From: Lama glama
Taxonomy: Eukaryota
DNA length: 64,000 bases
Reading direction: 5' to 3'
NCBI GenBank assembly: GCA_028534125.1
Contig: CM052818.1
Location: 48,982,001-49,046,000, forward strand
The translations under genes and the position numbers were made by a program. The notes beneath the pieces are model-generated. The model had not been told where the DNA came from. It did no database searches and worked only from the letters and a program-made list of their open reading frames with translations. Within the stretch, counting starts at the first letter, position 1. Each line of letters opens with the position of its first letter. Below, in pieces: positions 13,475 to 22,503 of the stretch.

Positions 13475-13823
13475 TATCTTAGTCCCTTGGTGCTGCGGTA
13501 ACAAAATGCCACAGACTGGGCGGCTTAAGCAGTAGGTGTTTATTGCTCACAGTCCGGAAGCTGGGAAATCCAGCATCAAGGCCCCAGCAGATTGTGTGTC
13601 TGGGGAGGGCCCACTTCCTAGGTCTCGCTGTACCTTCACGTGACGGAAAGGGTGAAGGGGTTCCTTGGGGTCTCTTTTATAAAGAAACCAATTCCAGTAA
13701 CGAGGGATCCTTTCTCATAAACTAATCGCCATCCGAAGACCTACGTTCCTATCACCACCACATCAGGGGACAACGTTAATACACTAATAAATTTCGAGGG
13801 GGAACAAACTTCAGATCATAGAA
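13475..13823 (-). mobile_element. MaLR solo LTR (MLT1A/MST-like)
   Basis: 'tatcttagtcc...tgctgcggtaacaaaatgccacagactgggcggctta...tttattgctcacagtccggaagctgggaaatcc...ttcagatcatag'. Confidence 0.88.
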
Positions 13824-13846
13824 GCCTGGGGAACAAACATGAATAT

Positions 13847-14264
13847 TATTACAGATTGAATTACATTACCCCCCAAATTCATATGTAACATATGCATTAC
13901 TTGCAGCGCTTCAGAATGTGACCTTTTTTGGAAATAGGACCCTCACAGAGCTAATCAAGTTAAAATACGGTCATGGGAGTGAACCCTACTTCATATGACT
14001 GACGTCCGCGTGAAAAGCAGAAATTTGGACACAGACACACACAGACGGAAGAGAGTGCGAAGAAACGCAGGGAGAAGATGGCTGTTTGGAAGCCCAGGAG
14101 AGAAGTCAGGAGAATCTTCTTGCTCGCGGCCCTCAGAAAGCAGCAGCCTGCAGACACTCTGCGTTTAGATTTCCAGTCTCCAGAGCACCGAGGCAACGCA
14201 CTTCGGTTGTTCAAGCCGCTCCTTTGCGGTGCTTTGCAACGGCAGCCCTGGGAGGCGTAGCAGA
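13847..14264 (+). mobile_element. MaLR solo LTR (MLT1B/C-like)
   Basis: 'ccccccaaattcatatgt...cagaatgtgaccttttttggaaatagg...gatttccagtctccagagc...ggcagccctggga'. Confidence 0.88.
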
Positions 14265-15099
14265 CATGTCATATACTAGACAAAAGTCTCGTGTGCAGAA
14301 AATGTAAACAATGCTACCTCATTTCAAAGAAGATAAACAACAAAAATAAAAACGGGGCAAAAGTGGGCACGAAGAGGTGCTCAACACAGTCAGGCACTGG
14401 GGAAGTTTAATTTAAGACCACAGGGAGTTACCTCCGCACCTACCGGAATGGCGGTAAGAAAAAGGCCAACAAAGCAAGTGTTGGTGGAGAGATTCAAAGC
14501 CTCAGACATTTCTGGAGGAATGTAAAACGGTTTAACCACTTTGGAAATAGTTTCTCAAAAAGCTAAACATAAATTTAAGATCCATCACAGCAAGTCTATT
14601 TCAAGAATCTACTGAATGAGGATCTACATCCACAAATATTCACGGCAGCATAATTTGTCATAGCTGAAGAGTGGAGACCATCCAGATTTCCATCAACTGG
14701 TAAGAGGGCAAGCACAATAGGATGTGCCCATACAATGGAACACTAGCTGCATCAAAGAAATAACACGCTGACTCGGAGGTAAGCCCCGAACCCGTCTTGA
14801 CAGCTGGGCTCTTACTCGTGACCTTGCCTTGATGCCTGGGCTGGCGTGAAGGTCCTGCCGGCCCTCCTAGCTCTGATTTTTCATCCAGGACGTGGGACAT
14901 ACTGATGCTCAAGGCTCTTTTTTTTTTTTTTTTTTTAGGGGAATGAAGGAAAATCTTCGTTCTAGTAAACAGGGATAATCACCTTCCTAACAGGTGATAC
15001 AACAGTGCTTCAAGTTTCTGCCTCAGGATCAAACGTCCGTCTAATAAATGTGTATCCCAGCTTTTGTAATTCACCTCTGCCAGTTTTAGTACTAGTAGA

Positions 15100-15420
15100 A
15101 TGTGCCCAGATTTTAATTAATTGTCACAGTGACTTTACACTGTTGTATATCTCAGAGCAGCTGACATTTAAGAGAGTTTTCTGCATAATATTTTATTGTA
15201 ACAGTCCCTTTACCAATAAATACGGGAAAGGACAGCATACAATTATTATGAGGTGCTTTCCAAACAACCCTAAGCCATTAATAAGATGAAAATACACTTA
15301 AATCAATGGTCCAATAAAATATGCAGCCAGGGTTTGTGTGCTATACTTTTTGCTGCACATTACATCACAAGGTAATTACAGCCTGATGCAACGTGACTGC
15401 AACTGAATTCAGTAATGAGG
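15100..15420. promoter_or_regulatory. Candidate developmental enhancer (homeodomain motif cluster)
   Basis: Repeat-free block with CCAATAAA x2, TTTTATTG, TAAATCAA, TTAATTAA, TAATTA and TGACA/TGTCA. Confidence 0.4.
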
Positions 15421-16262
15421 TTTTCTACTTCACAGTTTTATTTACAGAAAAAGATTCTTGGTCAAATCGATACGTGTGTTTATTAAATAAACTAAGGAAA
15501 GATTGGGGGATGGTTACTGCTGTTGTGTTCTTATTCTATTTACATAAAGATCACAAGCCTTTCATTAAATATCATTTTGATATAAAAATCATTTCCTCTT
15601 TACATTAAAAGTAAAATAAATGTAGCGAGCAAGCCCCCGAAGGCTCAAATTTAGTAACACACCCGTGGGCACCTCTCTGTGCTGCCACTGCTCAGAGGAG
15701 CAGACCAGGCTAGCTTTCTGCTTGTCCTCAGCGTGCTGCTTCACTTTTCCAAACATAAAGTTTAAGACCATCTCCAAGGGCTGCTTTTCAGTCTTGGCCA
15801 AAGCAAACGAGAGAGAAGTGAGGAGGTGTTTCCTCTGTAGAAAAATCGCCAGTGCACGCGGCACATCCTCCACGAGGGGGAGAGGGGAGAGTCGAGCAGC
15901 ACACCCGAGGCGCTGAGTGAGGGCTCCAACTGGGCCTCGGGCGCAGCCCCCGGACGGGCTGCGATGCTCTGCGCGGGAGGCTCAGGCGAGACCCTCTGGC
16001 TGCACGTCTCCAACTTGCCAGCCTGCGACCTACAACAAGTCATGTCCTCTGCGAACCTGAGTCCACATCTGCATGAAGTGATGCTACCTACATGGCAGGT
16101 TGTGAGGGCTCGAGACAGTGTTAAACTCCGGGAACGTGAGTGGCACTTAAGATTATCTCACATGGGCAGAAAGAACTGGGAAGATATCGAGCAGAGGTGA
16201 TCTGCTCTGAATGCTTCATCTGTATTGAAATACATAAAGTGTCATTAAAAATAAACAACTTA

Positions 16263-16415
16263 CATAGCACAGGGAATTATATTTAATATCTTGTAATAAC
16301 CTTTAATGAAAAAGAATATGAAAACGAATATATGTATGTATATGTATGATGGGGACACTGTGCTGTGCACCAGAAATTCACACATTGTAACTGACTATAA
16401 TTCAATGAAATAAAC
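16263..16415 (+). mobile_element. Short 5'-truncated lineage-specific L1 3' end with TSD
   Basis: 'catagcacagggaattatatttaatatcttgtaataacc...ccagaaattcacacattgtaactgactata'; TSD aaataa(a/g)caactta on both sides. Confidence 0.88.
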
Positions 16416-16559
16416 AAATAAGCAACTTATAAATAAATTCATTTCACACAGCTTGACATTTCAGTATTTGAGGTTATGATATCTTTGAGACATGAGTTTC
16501 CATTTGTAAATGGCAGATAATTGGACATCGAAATCAATTTGGAAAAGTATTGTTTATGA

Positions 16560-16770
16560 AACCATACTTCTTACCAGGCACCACTCCAGGAGCTGCAGTC
16601 CAGGCTCCAAGTACGTAATTTCTCACTCTTAGAACCGCTTTTCAAGGCCAGCATTTTATCCCCATTTTACAGACCAGAAGAACAGGATCAAAGAGTCTGA
16701 AATACTTGACAAGCAACAGGTTCCAGAGCTAAGACTAAACCCCAGGTCTCTGAGCAGAGCGACTTCCTTC
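16560..16770 (-). mobile_element. MIR SINE
   Basis: 'tatccccattttacagaccagaagaacagg...aaccccaggtctctga' is the antisense MIR core. Confidence 0.7.
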
Positions 16771-16939
16771 CAAAGAGCGCAGTGTAGACGGGGGATAAAT
16801 CACCACCTCCACAGGGGGAAGCCTGACTCAGCCCCAGCCTGGTGGTAAAGACCAGCACCAACAGGAAAGTCCTGTTGACCATGCGCCCCCCGGAGACGAT
16901 GCCGTGAAAAAGGCACTCTGTCTGTGGTCGTCCTCCTCC

Positions 16940-17340
16940 AGACCACACCCCCAGTCTGATCATAACAAAACTTCAGACCAACCCCAATTATGGGACATTC
17001 TACGAAATACTCAAAACTGGGAGAAGGCCATCAAAACGGGAATGTCTGAGAACTTTACTTGATCTAAAAATCCTAAGGAGACATTACATCTGCCTGCAGT
17101 GTGAGATCCTGAAGCAGGGAAAAGGACATCAGGTAAAAGCGAGGGAAATATGAGAAAACTGTGGACTTAAGTTAATAACAATGTGTCAACATCAGCTTAT
17201 TAATTGTAACAAAAGCACCAAAATAGTAAGGCATTAATAATAGGAAAAACTGGGTTTGGGGCATAGACGGAATCTCAGCGCTCTTTTCAGTATTTTCCTA
17301 GAAATGTGAAACTGTTTTAATTTTTTTTTAAGTTTATTAA
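16940..17340 (+). mobile_element. L1MC-type 3'UTR fragment
   Basis: 'cagaccaaccccaattatgggacattctac...ctaaggagacat...ggacttaagttaataacaatg...attaataataggaaaaactggg'. Confidence 0.75.
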
Positions 17341-19042
17341 AACAAAACCCAGCTTAGAATAGGAAGAATATCTATTGTATCATTAGCTGGAGTCTCACTG
17401 AAGCCGGGTAGTCTATGAGCATTATGTTAAAAAAAAAAAAGTGAAGGTTAATTTGCCTGAGATGTAAAGATGCTTGGCTTGGGATTAGGACAGCGAACGA
17501 TCTTTCTGAGGTTGAGCTGGTGCTAAGGTCCCCTTTACTCTGCAGCCCGTGCAGCTGGACAGGGCATTTCAGAAATTCCTTGGCAAAGACAGCATGACAT
17601 GGTGCTCATCCCCCCTCACTGTTGTCTCCTCCGCATCCTATAGAGGGGCTGGAGCCTCACAGATGATGGAGGAAGAAAGTGATGACGGGGTGAATGAACC
17701 AAAGCAACACCAAGTCAACTGAATGATTGAAACAAAAGAAAACCACCACCTCCAAGCAGAAAATAATCAACCCAATGAAAAGAAATCAAAGATGTTATTT
17801 AGCACATTGACAACAGAACATCACCAGTGGACGGATCGTTTCATCTCTTCAGTCTTTGTCTGGGCATTTGACAGGAGTGGGCTGTGTTCCCCTAATGCTC
17901 GAACCACTGTTTCCTTGCTGATCTTCAATTCAGTGATGCATTTAAATCCATCCCACCCAAACCCTCATTCCTGCACCAGCAGCACAAAGTAAATTTCCTT
18001 TCAAAATACTCTGGGCTGAAAGGGTCCTTGTCTTTAGAATAATGTGAAATAAAAATGTAAAAGATACGTTTTGAAAGAAAGGGGATGCATGAGGAAGACT
18101 GAGCGGCCTGAGATGGTAGCACTATTTTCAGGTAAATGGACGAAAATCACTTCTGTTGTGCCGTCCTCTTCCCGTGCGACGTTTTTCTTCTGCTTGGAAT
18201 TGGCTATTACATGCAAGTAAACAGGAGTGTCTGCAATATGCCAGAGCGATTCCCTGCTGCAAAAAACAGCGCTCGTTTTTACAAAGATGTTGGACTTCAT
18301 TTCAATGCTCCCTAAATTATAGTCTGCTGCAAAATTGCACACTGAGACTTTTCTGGGTGTGAAGACCTATTATCATACATACAAAGCCACAAGGCAGCGA
18401 CTGCTGATTCTTTAATAATTCAGATGCATGCATTGACTTCGAATAAACTTTGGGACAACAGAGAAGGGTGACCCCGTGGACTGTGTTTATTACGGCCAAT
18501 GGCGTATAACCTCCTCCTCTCTTTGCTGTGTCGTTATGTGATGAATCTGCCTCTTGTTTATTTGTTTGTTTTAGTTAAAATGCAGATATGTCTAAGAATA
18601 GAGTTCATAGAACTTCCTTACTGCAAGCCTGAACCAGATTCTTTGACCAACGTTTGTGAAGGTCTAAGATGGGTGGTCCTGCAAATATCAAAGAATCACA
18701 CGTAAGAAAGGAAAGAAGGAAAACATGCATTTTCTACCCGGTGCTCACACGCCACTCTCACCGAGTGCGGGAAAAGGGGGTTCTCAGCCGAGTGCCGGGA
18801 CTGACAGCCAATGAATATACTCTTCCAAGGGGGCTTTAGGTTCTTTTTTTCCTTCTAATTTATTTTTATAAATCATCAAAGCAAGCCCATGCTAATCACA
18901 CACACACACACAGATAACGACGAGGACCAGACAGCCTCCACTCTCAGAGGAGACCCACACAGCCAGTGCTGACTACTGTTTCTAGGAACCTTCTGTGCTA
19001 ATATTAAAAACATCTATATAAATGTTGATGTGAATATAGGTA

Positions 19043-19480
19043 TGCGTCATTTCCTGTGGTTTCCATGCGCAAATTCGCACAGACTGAGCGACTTAAAGCA
19101 ACAGACACTCATTCTCTCTCAGCTCTGGAGCCAGAAGTCTGGAATCAAGATGTCGGGGGGCCATGTTCTCTCCGAAGGCGGGATGGCGGAGGAGGGCGTC
19201 CTTCCTTGCCCCCTCCAGGTTGCAGTGCTCCAGGCGTACCCTGGCTTGCGGCACGTCGCCCCGGGTCTGCCTCTGTCTTCATGGCTGCCTCCCCTGTGTC
19301 TCTGTGTGGCCCCGCTCTCTCTCTGCCTTTCTGTCATGAGGGCACCAGTCGTCGGGTTTAAGACCCACCCTAAACCTAGGATGATCTCATCTGCAGACAC
19401 TTAGTTTCACGACTTCTGCAAAGGGCCAAGGGCTCAGAGCAGGAACGCATCCTCGGTGGGGGCCCAGTTCACCCACTACA
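19043..19480 (-). mobile_element. MaLR solo LTR (MLT1C/D-like)
   Basis: 'cacagactgagcgacttaaagcaacag...ctctggagccagaagtctggaatcaagatgtcgg...ggatgatctcatct...gttcacccactaca'. Confidence 0.85.
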
Positions 19481-20112
19481 AGGAATATGTGTGCGCGTGT
19501 GACCACACCTAGGGATGTGAATCTATTGCTCCGGCCAGACTGCCAGCAGGAAACGAGCGGAACCCTCACACCAGGGTCCTCCGAGGGGGATCTGGCGCAG
19601 GTCCGCCTGCAGAGGTCTGGGTGGGACAGAGGGAAACCCACAGGCTGGGACGCCGCTGAGGCTGCCGTCAGCCCGGGGCCCAGGGGCCGAGGGCGCGAGC
19701 CCAGGGAGGGGCGGCAGGGACGCTCGGACCTCCCGCCTCCCGCTCACCCCTCTCTTCTCCGGCTGGACCTCCGCACCGGCCACGTGCTCCCGGCAGCCCG
19801 AGGGCAGCCCCCCCCTCCCCCCCGCAGGCCCGCCTCCCGGGCCCAAGCTGCGAGCGGCTCTGGAGATGTGAACAGAGTGCTCGGAGCAGGAAAACAAACA
19901 AGCACATACAGATTCAGGGATTTTTTTTTCCTGCACGAATGAGATTATTCTACAAACACGGTTGCGTAAGTCCTTCTCCCCGTAGGGCTACGTGCTGGGT
20001 GTAGTTCTTTAAAGACACCTAGTGGTCCACCTCCGTTTTCACAAATCTCAGTGCAGTTTACTGCGCTGGTCTCGCGCTAACGGACACTCAGGCCTTCCCC
20101 TCTCTTTTCCAG

Positions 20113-20166
20113 GCACAGTAAACCCGCAGTGAATGCGTTTCTGGGCACGAGTCGCTGTGAAGGCAG
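20113..20166 (+). other. Candidate 54-nt exon of an unknown transcript
   Basis: Branch point ctaac at 20077-20081, acceptor ccttcccctctcttttccag|G, donor CAG|gtgagt (perfect consensus). Confidence 0.4.
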
Positions 20167-20355
20167 GTGAGTAGAGCCCCGCCGAGCAGACGCCGCGGGG
20201 GCAGCGCCTTGGCGGCACAGCCCTCCCCGGGGGCGCTTCGCAGGCGCCGCGCTCACTCGCGCCGCAGTCAGACGCCTCACAGGCCTTCACTGTGAGCCTG
20301 GTCTCTAATTCAGCTCATTCTTCCCTCTGCAATCGCCTTTCTTTCCTTCCCGCAG

Positions 20356-20409
20356 GATGGGCCGCAGTCCAGCAACAGCGCCGCGGAGGGGAAGGGGGTT
20401 CCGCAGGCG
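20356..20409 (+). other. Candidate 54-nt exon with strong-Kozak ATG
   Basis: Acceptor cctttctttccttcccgcag|G, donor GCG|gtgagg; aggATGG with ATG at 20357. Confidence 0.35.
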
Positions 20410-20439
20410 GTGAGGACCCCGGCCCAGGTCGCACTGTGA

Positions 20440-20570
20440 CGTTCACTTGCTGTGTGCTCACGGCAAGGTACTGCGCCTCTCTGAGCCTTCCTCTCCTACA
20501 TCTGAAACAGGAGACATAAGCTCTGCCTCCACCGACCTTAGAGGACTGTGAAAAACATGAAATTATGTAC
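20440..20570 (+). mobile_element. MIR SINE
   Basis: 'cacttgctgtgtgctcacggcaagg...cctctctgagccttcctctcctacatctgaaacagg'. Confidence 0.65.
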
Positions 20571-22318
20571 AGGAACAGTTTTTAAACGTTTCTGATAATC
20601 ACACAAAATACTTGTCATTCTGATGCCCTTTTAAAATACAGTTAAGACCTACTCTTCTGAGAAAATGGGTGCCGTTAGGGAAGGTTTCATTTACGTTCCC
20701 CTAATAATTATTGAATTTACTATATTTCTTTGTATTAGATTTCTGGTTTAAAATTCAGATCAAAACCTAAAAATGTTCATAATAATTGATACCTCTAGGT
20801 AGAAAATGATGAATGTATAAGTAGAGAAGTATTCTGTTCCTAAAACGTTATGTGCATTTTCCCCGAGGAGCATGTGTGTGTGTGTGTGTGTGTGTCTATA
20901 TAAAGCTCATCAAAAGGATATTTAAATTTATACTAGGAATAGAAAACTTGCACAATGTTTCTCATCTATCTGGGACAAAATTTTCCTCTTCAACTGGATA
21001 ACATACATGAAGAGGAAACTTTGAGTCTCAGGGAGCTCATCTGGAAAATGGGTTCATAACAGTTATCCTACTTCCCTATTTCACAATCCCAAAACTTCTG
21101 AGGGTCACAGTACTGGCTTGCTATCGGAACTGAACAAGAAACCTACGGAGTCTAATGCAGGAATTCCATCTGCATGGAGATTTTACGAGGCGATGCCAAG
21201 GGACCACGTTGAACCACACTGTTAGCTCATTCGCCTGCTGCCCGTGCACGGGCGCAGTTCTTGGCTATGGTTTCTGCCTTCTCTGCCTTTCAGAAGAGAC
21301 CAGTACGTGCAAGACGTAAACCAGCAAGGTGGGAGGATGATTATTGCTCCGAAAGGCCAGGGATGAGAGGTCAGAAAGGCAGGGTTTGGAACAATTTGTT
21401 ATTAAAGTTGTCTAGAGCCACTGTCACATTCGAAAGGCATTTAGATAGATTTTAAATGACCAGATATTTCTGAATTACTCAGAAATTTTTTAAGTTGAAA
21501 ATTTTTTTGCCCCTGGATTTTGGAATGTGGATTTCATGTTTACTCAGCCCTACAAGTAACTGTGGAGACAGCATTTTGTTATGTAAACAATGACTGAAGA
21601 TAATATCATGGTCTACTCGACATCACAGAATAGAAGTTAAATACATCATCACAGTGAAAATCGGGTCCCATCTGTATGTCGGTTAAGAAAAATGGCGGAT
21701 GTATCTGGCGATATTCTGTTCTGGCTTCTTTGAGCTTTGCTAGTGAAAGACAGTGATATATTGTGCTTTGCATGTTTGGTTAAATCGCTGTATATTATAG
21801 TTTGTCTACTCTGTCACCAAACATAATACATGTTAAACAGATGTAATTCCGTAGTAGAGTGCCAAAATCAGGTCTCCTTCATGCTATAAATTATTTTTTC
21901 CTGTACAGAAAACACTTAACTTTTTGCCCCAAGCCAGTAAATTTGTATTTGTTTATTTTATTTGCCCTAAAATTTGTGTGAGTCTCTCCCGTGAATAAAG
22001 AGATGGGAGTTTCACTGAGTCGTCCTGTTCATCCATTTTCTAAGAATTGAAATGGAATCAAGGACACTCAACACTAAAGTCTCACTGAATTAACTGAGTT
22101 TCCCTTTGCCAATTCCTGTGTCACACTGCACCCCCCAAATATCTGAGGGTCACCTTTAGTTTTGACTTGACAATGTACATTCTCTGAGAAAGGCAACTTC
22201 TGGTGGGAGAAGGCTGAGGGAACGTGCTAGTCGGTCGCACATCTGGAGAAATACTATTTAGAGCGCTTCTTTCTTTTAGCTTCTAGAAAGAGAACAGTTT
22301 GGGAAGCAGGAGACGGAT

Positions 22319-22503
22319 TGTAACTGAGCAGGACCCTCTGGGACCTTCCCTGGACAGAGCCCCCCGTGTCCTCCGCCTGCCTCTTGTTTGTACAAAAACT
22401 CTAATCGAAAGAATAAATTTAAGCAGAGAAATGACAAAATGCAGAAGCAAAGGAAAACACTCAGACAAGACCAAATCCTAGTAGTTTGGCTATGAAGCAA
22501 AGC
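22319..22503 (+). mobile_element. ERV1-class LTR, 5' (U3) fragment
   Basis: Starts 'tgtaactgagcaggaccctctgggaccttcc...agaaatgacaaaatgcagaagcaaaggaaaac', like cetartiodactyl ERV1 LTRs; 3' part missing. Confidence 0.7.

Larger units (their letters stand above)
11420..14765 (+). mobile_element. Ancient L1 ORF2 remnant (about 2.5 kb of L1), interrupted by two MaLR LTRs
   Basis: Collinear L1 ORF2 motifs 'cactggtgaattctatcaaatatttaaagaagaaata', 'atgggatttatctttggaatgcaagg', 'gcagaaaaagcatttga', 'aaatggtgctggggaaattgg', 'aaccactttggaaa'; many stops and deletions. Confidence 0.9.
19485..20470. promoter_or_regulatory. CpG island (about 1 kb), candidate promoter
   Basis: Two GC/CpG-dense blocks (19600-19870 and 20060-20470) with GC boxes (gggggcgg/cccgcc); largest CpG-rich segment in the window. 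Confidence 0.7.
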
